A stretch of DNA of 64,000 bases from Planctomycetota bacterium (GTDB taxonomy: Bacteria > Planctomycetota > MHYJ01 > JACPRB01): positions 27,219 to 91,218 of the forward strand of contig DATLZA010000102.1 in NCBI GenBank assembly GCA_035574235.1, read 5' to 3'. Below the pieces are notes generated by a model, which was given only the letters and a program-made list of their open reading frames with translations, ran no database searches and was not told the origin of the DNA. A program made the position numbers and the translations under genes. Shown piece after piece: positions 8,630-16,194 of the stretch (position 1 is its first letter; each line of letters starts with the position of its first letter).

Positions 8630-9343
8630 ATGGCGCGCACGCTCTTCGTGAGCGATGTTCACCTGCGTCCGGGAGACCCCGGCGCCAACGCTTCCTTTCT
8701 CCGGTTCCTGGCGCAGGAATGCGAGGCGCTGTACATCGTCGGGGACCTCTTCGACTATTGGATCGGGCCCAAGCATCTCGAATTTCCGGACTACCGCCCC
8801 GAGCTCGAGGCGCTGCGCCGCGCGGCGGGCCGGACGCGGGTGTGCCTCGTGCCGGGCAATCGGGATTTTCTGGTGGACGCGCGTTTCGAGCGGGCGACCG
8901 GGATCGAGGTCCTCGGGGAGGAGGTCCGCCTGGACCTGGGAGGCCGGCGCGTGGCTCTGGCGCATGGAGATGCGCTCTACAACACCAATCCCAAGTATTC
9001 CGCGTACCGCGCGCTCATGCGCTCGCGCCCGGTGGGGGACCTCTGGCGGGCGGTGCCGGGGATCGTGGCCCGAAGGCTGGCGCGCGGGTACCGGCGCGTT
9101 TCGCCCCTGACGACGCCGGCCAAGGCCTGGGGCCCCGAAGGCCTGCTCGAGCGCGCCCGGCCCGTCTTCCGCGGCGGCGCGGATGTGCTCATCTGCGGGC
9201 ACATCCATCAGCCGCGCCATCTGACCGCGGAGGTGGACGGCCGGCGGCGCGAGCTTTTTGTCCTGGGCGACTGGTGCGGGGGCACGCAGGACTACGTGGA
9301 GCACGACGGCGGCGAATTCCGGATGCGCCGCTGGGAGCGCTGA
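8630..9343 (+). CDS. lpxH: UDP-2,3-diacylglucosamine diphosphatase
   Basis: MARTLFVSDVHL...GDLFDYWIG...GNRD...GHIH metallophosphatase motifs and overall LpxH-like sequence. Confidence 0.8.
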   Translation: MARTLFVSDVHLRPGDPGANASFLRFLAQECEALYIVGDLFDYWIGPKHLEFPDYRPELEALRRAAGRTRVCLVPGNRDFLVDARFERATGIEVLGEEVRLDLGGRRVALAHGDALYNTNPKYSAYRALMRSRPVGDLWRAVPGIVARRLARGYRRVSPLTTPAKAWGPEGLLERARPVFRGGADVLICGHIHQPRHLTAEVDGRRRELFVLGDWCGGTQDYVEHDGGEFRMRRWER

Positions 9344-9346
9344 CGC

Positions 9347-9538
9347 TCAGGGCCGCTCGAATTCCAGGCCGCAGCGCCGGCACAGGTGCCGCGGCGGCCG
9401 CCCGCGCTCGGCCGGGGGACGCGCCGTGACGAAGCCCTGGAATCGGCACATGGGACAGCGTCCGGAGTCCGGCGCGGCCGGAGGCTCTGAAGGCCAGGGA
9501 AGAATGGTCCGGGCGGGGCGCACGCCGCGGCGCCTCAC
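9347..9538 (-). CDS. small Zn-ribbon protein (CxxC...CxxC)
   Basis: 63 aa with CPMCRF and CRRCG pairs; start overlaps the upstream gene stop by 4 nt (translational coupling). Confidence 0.35.
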   Translation of the reverse strand: MRRRGVRPARTILPWPSEPPAAPDSGRCPMCRFQGFVTARPPAERGRPPRHLCRRCGLEFERP

Positions 9539-10158
9539 CGCAGGAGCTCCGAAAGGATTTCGCGCACGCCGCCGGGATCCACCTGGACGGCCACGCGGCG
9601 CAGGCGTCGCGCGGGATCGGTTTCGACGGTCCGGACGTCTCCGGCCAGGAGGCGGCCGGCGACGCGCGCGCGGACGTGTCGGGGGGCTCCCTCGAAGTGC
9701 CGGTGAAACTCGTCGGATTCTCCCGCCAGGACGAGCGTCTCGGGCGAAAGCTCCGCGAGCCGGCAGGCGATCGTGAGGCCCTCGCCCGCCTCGAGCTCCA
9801 CGGGGAGCTTCCGCACGCGCTCCTGGCGGAGGCGCTCGAGCCGCCGGAACGTGTCGGCGAGCTTGAGCGGAGAAAGCGGCGCGGGCAGGACCGCCGCCAC
9901 CTGGCCCGCCGCGGGGACGGCCACGGGCACGCCGGCCAGGACCACGGGCACGCCGGGCATCTCCTGTTCGAGAAAGCGCGCCAGGGTCTCGGGCGCTCCG
10001 GCGGGTCCGAAGACGACCGCGTCAAAGAGCGCGGTGCGGAGTTTGAGCGCCGCGTCGTCGGCGTCGGCGGCCAGCGACACGCGGTGGCCGAGCGAGCGAA
10101 GCAGCGCGCGCACGAGATGCGCCACGGAGGCGGGCGCGTCGTAGACGAGAACGTTCAT
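9535..10158 (-). CDS. pseudo-receiver (REC-like lacking phospho-Asp) / PilZ-like domain protein
   Basis: Start MNVLVYD at 10158 with GGGAGG Shine-Dalgarno. The N-terminus is CheY-like but has G at the phosphoacceptor position (FDAVVFG). C-terminus carries RQERVR and ELSPETL motifs reminiscent of PilZ (RxxxR / DxSxxG); this is weak. Confidence 0.45.
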   Translation of the reverse strand: MNVLVYDAPASVAHLVRALLRSLGHRVSLAADADDAALKLRTALFDAVVFGPAGAPETLARFLEQEMPGVPVVLAGVPVAVPAAGQVAAVLPAPLSPLKLADTFRRLERLRQERVRKLPVELEAGEGLTIACRLAELSPETLVLAGESDEFHRHFEGAPRHVRARVAGRLLAGDVRTVETDPARRLRRVAVQVDPGGVREILSELLR

Positions 10159-10354
10159 GCGACCTCCCGGGAAGGGACGCGGCGTCCGCAGACTATATCG
10201 GCGCGGAGGGCGGCGGGCTTGAGCGCCGGCCGCATGAGTGTTAAGAATGCACAATCCATGGGGGCGTCCCGCCGGGAGCCCACAATCGGCGGGGGCCCCT
10301 GCGGGCCGCCCTGTCGCCGGCGTGCGGGACGCCGGAGGGGGCCTGCGTTTTCGC

Positions 10355-10382
10355 TTGACTGGCCCTTCGGGCGGGATAAACT
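10355..10382 (+). promoter_or_regulatory. sigma70-like promoter TTGACT-N16-TAAACT upstream of mraZ
   Basis: cTTGACTggcccttcgggcgggaTAAACTaattcg. Confidence 0.35.
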
Positions 10383-10390
10383 AATTCGTG

Positions 10391-10415
10391 ACGGCTGACG
10401 CGCTCAGCCGTTTTT
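10391..10415 (+). terminator. intrinsic-terminator-like hairpin in mraZ leader (8-bp stem ACGGCTGA/TCAGCCGT, loop CGCGC, then TTTTT)
   Basis: acggctgaCGCGCtcagccgtttttctctc; oriented to act on + strand transcripts. Confidence 0.4.
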
Positions 10416-10427
10416 CTCTCCGCCCCG

Positions 10428-10468
10428 GTGGGGAAAAGTGGGGGGAAAGTAGGGAGGAGTGGAAGGTA
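10428..10468 (+). promoter_or_regulatory. GTGGG direct-repeat array (4 repeats, 10-11 nt periodicity) abutting the mraZ start: candidate MraZ operator
   Basis: GTGGGGaaaaGTGGGGGGaaaGTAGGGaggaGTGGAAGG; MraZ is known to bind direct repeats of (G)TGGG upstream of mraZ. Confidence 0.4.
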
Positions 10469-10481
10469 ATCCCTGGGTCCT

Positions 10482-10946
10482 ATGTTCGCCGGCGAATTCC
10501 GACACGCGATCGACGAGAAGAATCGCCTCGTCATTCCGGCGAAATTCAGGGCCTTTCTGAACGATCCCGAGGATCGCAAGGGGTTTTTCGTGATGGCCAG
10601 CCCGGTGCCGGGGGAGCACTGCCTGCGGCTCTACACGATGAGCGGGTGGAAGAAGGTGGTCGACAATCTCCGCAAGCAGGCCGACCGGGCCAAGGATCCG
10701 GCCAAGTTTCTGAGGTTCTTCGCCTCGCGGGGGGAGTTTTCCACGCTGGACGGGCAGAGCCGGCTGGTGATTCCGCAGAAGCTGCTCGACTACGCGGGGC
10801 TTCAGAGGGACGTGATCCTGGTGGGCAACTACGACTGGATCGAAGTCTGGAACGTCGAGGAATATCAGGCGGCGACGGAAAGTCTGGACGAGGAGATCGC
10901 CGACCGCAGCCGGGCGCTGTGGCCGGGTCCGGGCGGTCCGGCCTGA
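10482..10946 (+). CDS. mraZ: division/cell wall cluster transcriptional regulator MraZ
   Basis: MFAGEFRHAIDEKNRLVIPAKFR... with two SpoVT/AbrB-like halves (second: DGQSRLVIPQKLLDYAGL). Confidence 0.9.
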   Translation: MFAGEFRHAIDEKNRLVIPAKFRAFLNDPEDRKGFFVMASPVPGEHCLRLYTMSGWKKVVDNLRKQADRAKDPAKFLRFFASRGEFSTLDGQSRLVIPQKLLDYAGLQRDVILVGNYDWIEVWNVEEYQAATESLDEEIADRSRALWPGPGGPA

Positions 10947-10986
10947 CGCCGGTCCGCGCGCCGCGGGCAGGAGAGAGGGGGAAGGC

Positions 10987-11244
10987 ATGGAGGCAGAGGA
11001 AGGGAAGGACTCGTTCGAGATCGTCCGCGACTTCCTTCTGAGCCTGGGCGAGCGCAAGCCCGGGAGGGACGAGGTGCAGGCGATCGCGCCGGCGCTGCGG
11101 GACATTTACGAGCGCCTGATGAGGGTGCGGGCCGTGGCGCCGTCGGTGGACCTGAGCGACCGGCTGTGGGAGCTCATGGAGATGGTGGGGCTCAAGGCGC
11201 GGCCGGCGCGACGGACGGCGTTCTTTCGGGCCGCGAGCCTGTAG
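10987..11244 (+). CDS. hypothetical small protein
   Basis: 85 aa, preceded by GAGAGGGGGAAGG Shine-Dalgarno-like motif; sits between mraZ and rsmH; non-biased composition. Confidence 0.35.
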   Translation: MEAEEGKDSFEIVRDFLLSLGERKPGRDEVQAIAPALRDIYERLMRVRAVAPSVDLSDRLWELMEMVGLKARPARRTAFFRAASL

Positions 11245-11343
11245 GCCGCGGACGCGGGGCGGCCCGGCGAGGCGAGGGAAAGTGGGTGAGGGCAGGAGGG
11301 ATGTATCGGAGAGAGGGAGGAGGAGCCCTTCGCGCATGGATCC

Positions 11344-12231
11344 TTGCCTCGCCGGGTCGCCGCCGTGCACGAACCTGTTCTTTCGGATGAGGTGATCGGG
11401 CTCCTGCGGATCCGCCCGGGCGGACTGTACGTGGACGCCACGCTCGGTCTGGGCGGACACGCGGAGCGGATCGTGGCGCTCGGGGGGCGCGTCCTCGGCA
11501 TCGAGTGGGATGACGAGGCCGCGGCGCGCGCGGCGGAGCGGCTGGGGCCGGCCGCCGAAGTCGTTCGCGACTCGTTCGCGAACCTCCCGTCGATCCTTGA
11601 AAGTCGGAACGTGAGCGTCGTCGACGGCATCCTGGCCGATCTGGGCGTGTCGTCGTTGCAGTTGGACACCGCTTCGAGGGGGTTCAGCTTCCTCCGGGAA
11701 GGTCCTCTGGACATGCGCATGTCGCCGCGGATCCGGAGGACGGCGGCGGACCTGCTCCGGGAGCTTGGAGAGAGGGACCTGGAGCGGATCCTGCGGGAGT
11801 ACGGCGAGGAGCCGCGCGCCCGCCGAATCGCGGCCGCCCTGGTGCAGGAGAGGGGGAAACCGGGGAGCGACATCCTGGCATCGACCCGGGCGCTGGGGGA
11901 GTTCGTGGCGCGCCTGACCCGCCGGCGCGGACGAATTCATCCGGCGACCCGGGTCTTCCAGGCCCTCCGGATCGCCGTCAACGACGAGCTGGAAAACCTC
12001 AAGAAGTTCCTGGCGGTTTTCGATAAGTATCTGGGAGCCGGGGCGCGGTGCTGCGTGATCGCGTTCCACTCCCTGGAGGACCGCCTGGTGAAGCGGGCCT
12101 TCCGCGAGAAGGAGAAGGAAGGGCTGCGGATCGTCACCCGCAAGCCCCTCCGGCCCTCGCGCGAGGAGGTCCGGCGCAACCCGCGCGCCCGGAGCGCGCG
12201 GCTGCGCGCGATCGAGCGGCCCGGAGCGTGA
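11344..12231 (+). CDS. rsmH: 16S rRNA (cytosine1402-N4)-methyltransferase
   Basis: HEPVLSDEVIGLL, DATLGLGGH, DLGVSSLQLD, RIAVNDEL motifs. The start is TTG 11344 or GTG 11365. Confidence 0.85.
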   Translation: MPRRVAAVHEPVLSDEVIGLLRIRPGGLYVDATLGLGGHAERIVALGGRVLGIEWDDEAAARAAERLGPAAEVVRDSFANLPSILESRNVSVVDGILADLGVSSLQLDTASRGFSFLREGPLDMRMSPRIRRTAADLLRELGERDLERILREYGEEPRARRIAAALVQERGKPGSDILASTRALGEFVARLTRRRGRIHPATRVFQALRIAVNDELENLKKFLAVFDKYLGAGARCCVIAFHSLEDRLVKRAFREKEKEGLRIVTRKPLRPSREEVRRNPRARSARLRAIERPGA

Positions 12232-12341
12232 GGCCGCCGCAACGAGGCGTCTCCTTGCGGCAGCCTCAGGCTTCGGCCCTGGAGAGAAGGGTCTAGGGTC
12301 CGCGGACCGCCGGAGGGCGGGTCCGGGGACGAGGGGGAAAC

Positions 12342-12611
12342 GTGAAGGTCGTCCGCGCGGCGCTGGCCGCCGTCATCGTGCTGAACCTGGCGCTCCTGGC
12401 CGCGTTCGCGCCCCTGCGCGCGACGCTTCTGCGCTACGAGACGGCCCGGCAACGGCGCGAACTGGCGTCCCTGGCCCTGGAGAACCGCGCCCTCCTGCAC
12501 CAGGCGGCTCTGGCCCGCCGGCCCGACCGGCTCGCCGCCCGCGCCGCCGCCCTGGGCGTGGAGCTGCGCGCCGCGGACCTCGAGGCCGTCGTCAAAGGGA
12601 GGCGGCGATGA
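12342..12611 (+). CDS. ftsL: cell division protein FtsL-like (single TM + coiled coil)
   Basis: GTG start after GAGGGGGAAAC; TM VVRAALAAVIVLNLALLAAF then a Leu-rich coiled coil; positioned between rsmH and ftsI. Confidence 0.6.
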   Translation: MKVVRAALAAVIVLNLALLAAFAPLRATLLRYETARQRRELASLALENRALLHQAALARRPDRLAARAAALGVELRAADLEAVVKGRRR

Positions 12612-14347
12612 GCGCCTCCCCCGGCCCTGGAGAGAGGAGGCCCGCCCCGGTCGACGCCGGCGCCCGCCGCCGCGCCGGCGCCGTCGCCGTCCTGGCCGCG
12701 GCGCTTTTCCTTTTCCTCCTCGGACGCCTCTTTTCCATCCAGGTCGTCGGCCACGAAACCTATCGGGGAAAGCGCGAAGCCCAGACCCGCGGCACCGTCG
12801 TCGTGGAAACCCCCGCCGGAACCCTCCGCGACGCCCGCGGGCAGATCCTGGCCGTTTCCGTCCCCGTCGAGTCGGTGTGGGCCGATCCCTCCGCCCTGGA
12901 CGACCGCCCCGCGGCCGCGCGACTCCTGGCGCAGGCGCTCGGAATGCGCCCCGAGACGGTCCTCGAACGCCTCTCGCGCGAAGAACGACGGTTCGTGTGG
13001 ATCAAGCGCAAGATCGCGCCCCAGGAGGCCGACCGCGTCCGCAAGCTCCTCAAGGAGCCGCCGTTTGCGTCCAGGGACCGCCGCGCGGCGCCGGCCCTGG
13101 GGCTGGCCACCGAGTTCGCCCGCCGCTACCCGCAGGGACCCGTCCTCTCCCATATCCTGGGTTTCCGCAGCGAGGACGAGGAGTCCCACGAAGGTCTCGA
13201 ACGCGCCCTGGCCCGCGTGCTCGAAGGCGGCCGGCGCGCCGCCTCCGTGGAGGTCGACGGCCTGCGGCGGCCTCTGGGCGGACCCTCCCTCGAAGCGCCC
13301 CCGGACGCCGTCCTCACGATCGACCTCCTCCTCCAGCGGATCGTCGAGGAGGAATTGGACGCGGCCTGCGCGGAACACCGTCCGGACTGGGCTTCAGTCG
13401 TGGCGATGGATCCCCGGACGGGCGCGATCCTCGCGCTGGCCAACCGGCCGGGGTTCGACCCCAACGATCCGGCCGCGGCGCCCGGCGCGGCGCGGCGCAA
13501 CCGGGCCGTGGTGGATCCCTACGAGCCCGGTTCCACCCTCAAGCCGTTCCTGGCGGCGTACGCGCTCGACCTGGGCCTGGTGACGCCCGAGACGACGTTC
13601 GACTGCGAAAACGGCCTGTGGAAGCACGGGCCGCGCCTCCTGCATGATCATCATCCGTACGGAAGGCTCACCCTCGCCGAGGTCATCAAGTACTCCTCCA
13701 ACATCGGCGCGGCCAAGCTCGGGGCGCTGACGTTGGGGCGCGCCCGCCTTCACGAGTGCATGGCCCGGTGGGGCTTCGGCTCCCGGACGGGCGTGGACCT
13801 TCCGGCCGAGGACCAGGGGCGTCTCTTCCCGCTTTCGCGCTGGAGCGTCTATTCGGACACCTCCGTCCCCATGGGACACGAGATCGCGGTGACTCCTCTT
13901 CAGCTCGTGACGGCCATGAGCGCCGTGGCCTCGGGAGGGACGCTGCACCGGCCGTTCGTCGTGCGCCGCGTCGTGGGGGCCGACGGCGCGGTCCTCCACG
14001 AGGGGCATCCCGTGGCGGCGCGGCGCGTGATCGGTTCCCGCGCGGCCGCTCAGATGGTGGAGATCCTGGCCGACACGGTCCGCGACGGCACCGGGAAAAA
14101 GGCCCAGGTGCCCGGCGTGACGGTCGCCGGAAAGACGGGAACCACCCAGAAGGTGGACCCGCAGACGAAGCGCTACACCCGCGAACGGTACATCAGCTCC
14201 TTCGTCGGATTCGCGCCGGCGGAGGAGCCGCGCATCTGCATCGCGGTCGTGATCGACGAGCCCAAGGGGGGTGCGTACTACGGCGGGGCGGTCGCCGCCC
14301 CCGTGGTGGGACGGATCCTCCAGCGGGGGCTCGTCCACGTGCCGTAA
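12608..14347 (+). CDS. ftsI: peptidoglycan D,D-transpeptidase FtsI (PBP3)
   Basis: N-terminal TM, PBP dimerisation domain, and transpeptidase motifs STLKP, SSN (KYSSNIG) and KTGT. Confidence 0.9.
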   Translation: MSASPGPGERRPAPVDAGARRRAGAVAVLAAALFLFLLGRLFSIQVVGHETYRGKREAQTRGTVVVETPAGTLRDARGQILAVSVPVESVWADPSALDDRPAAARLLAQALGMRPETVLERLSREERRFVWIKRKIAPQEADRVRKLLKEPPFASRDRRAAPALGLATEFARRYPQGPVLSHILGFRSEDEESHEGLERALARVLEGGRRAASVEVDGLRRPLGGPSLEAPPDAVLTIDLLLQRIVEEELDAACAEHRPDWASVVAMDPRTGAILALANRPGFDPNDPAAAPGAARRNRAVVDPYEPGSTLKPFLAAYALDLGLVTPETTFDCENGLWKHGPRLLHDHHPYGRLTLAEVIKYSSNIGAAKLGALTLGRARLHECMARWGFGSRTGVDLPAEDQGRLFPLSRWSVYSDTSVPMGHEIAVTPLQLVTAMSAVASGGTLHRPFVVRRVVGADGAVLHEGHPVAARRVIGSRAAAQMVEILADTVRDGTGKKAQVPGVTVAGKTGTTQKVDPQTKRYTRERYISSFVGFAPAEEPRICIAVVIDEPKGGAYYGGAVAAPVVGRILQRGLVHVP

Positions 14348-14511
14348 CGCGGGGCGCGCGCGGGAGCGTTCCCGGGGCCGGGGCCCCGGGCTTGAGGAGA
14401 GGGGAAGGCATGAGCGAAGAACCTCGGCGGTCGATTCCGGCGTGGCTGCGCCACATTTATCTCTATACCGCCCGGATCCAGTATCCGCGGCGCCGAGAGG
14501 GGGGAAGGAAA

Positions 14512-15981
14512 ATGGGCGTCCGGTTGAGCGCGCTTCTCGAGGGGCTGGCCGGCGAGTGCCTCCACTTCCGGGAGGCCGAAATCCACGACGTCACCTGCGA
14601 TTCGCGCCAGGTCCAGCCGGGAACTCTTTTTGTGGCCGTGCCCGGCACGCGGCAGGACGGAGCCGCTTTCGTGGACGAGGCGATCCGCCGCGGGGCGGTC
14701 GCCATCGTCGCCGAAAAGTCCGTCCCGAGCTGCCCCGTTCCCGTCCTCGTCGTTCCGGAGGCCCGCGCGGCCCTGGCCGATCTGGCGGCGCGGTTCCACG
14801 GACACCCCACGGCGCGCCTGAACGTCGTGGGCGTCACGGGCACCAACGGCAAGACCACGACGACCTTCCTGGTCCGTTCGATCCTCGAGGCCGCCGGCCA
14901 GAAGACGGGGCTCCTGGGGACGATCCAGCACGCGATCGGCTCGCGCGTCCTGCCGAGCGACAATACGACGCCGGGGGCGGACACGCTCCAGCGTCACTTC
15001 GCCGAGATGGTCCGGGCGGGCTGCGGCGCCGCGGCGATGGAGGTCTCCTCCCACGCGCTCGACCAGGGGCGCGTCCGCGGCGTGCGCTTCGCGGCCGCGA
15101 TCTTCACGAACCTCACCCGCGATCACCTGGACTACCATCCGACGTTCGAGCACTACCGCGACGCCAAGGGGAAGCTCTTCGAGATGCTCTCCCCGAAATC
15201 GATCGCGGCGCTCAACGCGGACGATCCGGTCTCCGAGCTTTACGCCGCGCGCACGCCGGCGCGCGTCCGGACCTACGCGCTCAAGCGTCCGGCGGACGTC
15301 ACGGCCGCCGTGGAGCTCGTCACGTTCCACGGGACGCGGCTCGTCCTGCGGGCCGGCGGGGAGGAAGTCCGCGTCCACACGCGGCTCATCGGAACCCACA
15401 ACGTCTACAACATCCTGGGCGCGGCGGCCGCCGCGTGGGGCATGGGCTACGACCTCGAGGTCATCAAGGCCGGGGTGGAGAACCTCGCCGCGGTTCCCGG
15501 CCGCCTGGAGCCCGTGGACGCCGGCCAGGACTTCGCCGTGCTCGTGGATTACGCGCACACGGACGACGCCCTCCGCAACGTTCTCGGGTGCCTGCGCCCG
15601 CTCGTCCGGGGCCGCCTGATCGTCGTCTTCGGCTGCGGCGGCGACCGGGACCGGGGCAAGCGGCCGAAGATGGGCCGCGTCGCCGCGGAACTGGCCGACC
15701 AGGTGATCCTGACGAGCGACAATCCGCGCTCGGAGAGTCCCACGGCGATCCTGTCGGACATCCTGGCGGGAGTGCCCGACCGGGAGCGCCGGAAGGTCCT
15801 CCTGGAGCCGGACCGCCGGGACGCCATCAAAATGGCCGTTTCCCTGGCGCGCAAGGACGACGCCGTGCTCATCGCCGGCAAGGGGCACGAAACGGTGCAG
15901 ATTTTCCGGGACCGGACGGCGGGCTTCGACGACCGCCTCGTGGCGCGCGAGGTGCTCGGCGAAGTCGTCGGAAGCCGGTAA
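14512..15981 (+). CDS. murE: UDP-N-acetylmuramoyl-L-alanyl-D-glutamate--2,6-diaminopimelate ligase
   Basis: MGVRLSALLEG..., GVTGTNGKTTT, DNPR motifs. An alternative start at 14410 would add 34 aa. Confidence 0.85.
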   Translation: MGVRLSALLEGLAGECLHFREAEIHDVTCDSRQVQPGTLFVAVPGTRQDGAAFVDEAIRRGAVAIVAEKSVPSCPVPVLVVPEARAALADLAARFHGHPTARLNVVGVTGTNGKTTTTFLVRSILEAAGQKTGLLGTIQHAIGSRVLPSDNTTPGADTLQRHFAEMVRAGCGAAAMEVSSHALDQGRVRGVRFAAAIFTNLTRDHLDYHPTFEHYRDAKGKLFEMLSPKSIAALNADDPVSELYAARTPARVRTYALKRPADVTAAVELVTFHGTRLVLRAGGEEVRVHTRLIGTHNVYNILGAAAAAWGMGYDLEVIKAGVENLAAVPGRLEPVDAGQDFAVLVDYAHTDDALRNVLGCLRPLVRGRLIVVFGCGGDRDRGKRPKMGRVAAELADQVILTSDNPRSESPTAILSDILAGVPDRERRKVLLEPDRRDAIKMAVSLARKDDAVLIAGKGHETVQIFRDRTAGFDDRLVAREVLGEVVGSR

Positions 15982-16194
15982 GCGGCGCCCCGGCGTCGCG
16001 CGAGAGAGGGGGAAGGATGCTGTCGGATCTCCATATCTACGGCGGGTTTCACCTCTCGCCCTACCTGGCCCTTCGGGTGTTCGAGGTGGTGGGCGAAATC
16101 GTCGAGCGCAACGTGGACCGGTCGTTGTCGCACCTGGACGACGACCGGTGCGAAGTGTGCCGCGCGGCGGCCGCGGCGGGAGAGGGGGCGGACG

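Noticed and set aside
10159-10354. Possible small protein or sRNA in the 10245-10400 region (MGASRREPTIGGGPCGPPCRRRAGRRRGPAFSL)
   Set aside because: The peptide is low-complexity and part of a shadow ORF (9676..10398). An sRNA ending at the 10391-10415 terminator remains possible but no convincing upstream promoter was found.
10546-12069. 507-aa minus-strand ORF across mraZ-rsmH, and similar long antisense ORFs (6081..7856, 14278..17058, 18639..21218, 22000..25179, 32138..34675, 35538..38894, 42443..45799, 45174..47819, 50356..52518, 56456..58792, 59244..61388, 22428..25853, 21426..22547 etc.)
   Set aside because: They are Arg/Pro/Gly-rich with no recognisable motifs, and each lies opposite a gene with strong family signatures. 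These are typical high-GC shadow ORFs.
13756-14511. Extended N-termini for murE (13756), the RND permease (21673), the MFP (19898), the rSAM-B12 protein (49738), IleRS (35634), PatA-like genes (30478, 31653) and the lipoprotein at 2305
   Set aside because: The extensions overlap upstream genes and are compositionally biased. Conserved N-termini and Shine-Dalgarno/overlap signals support the shorter starts.
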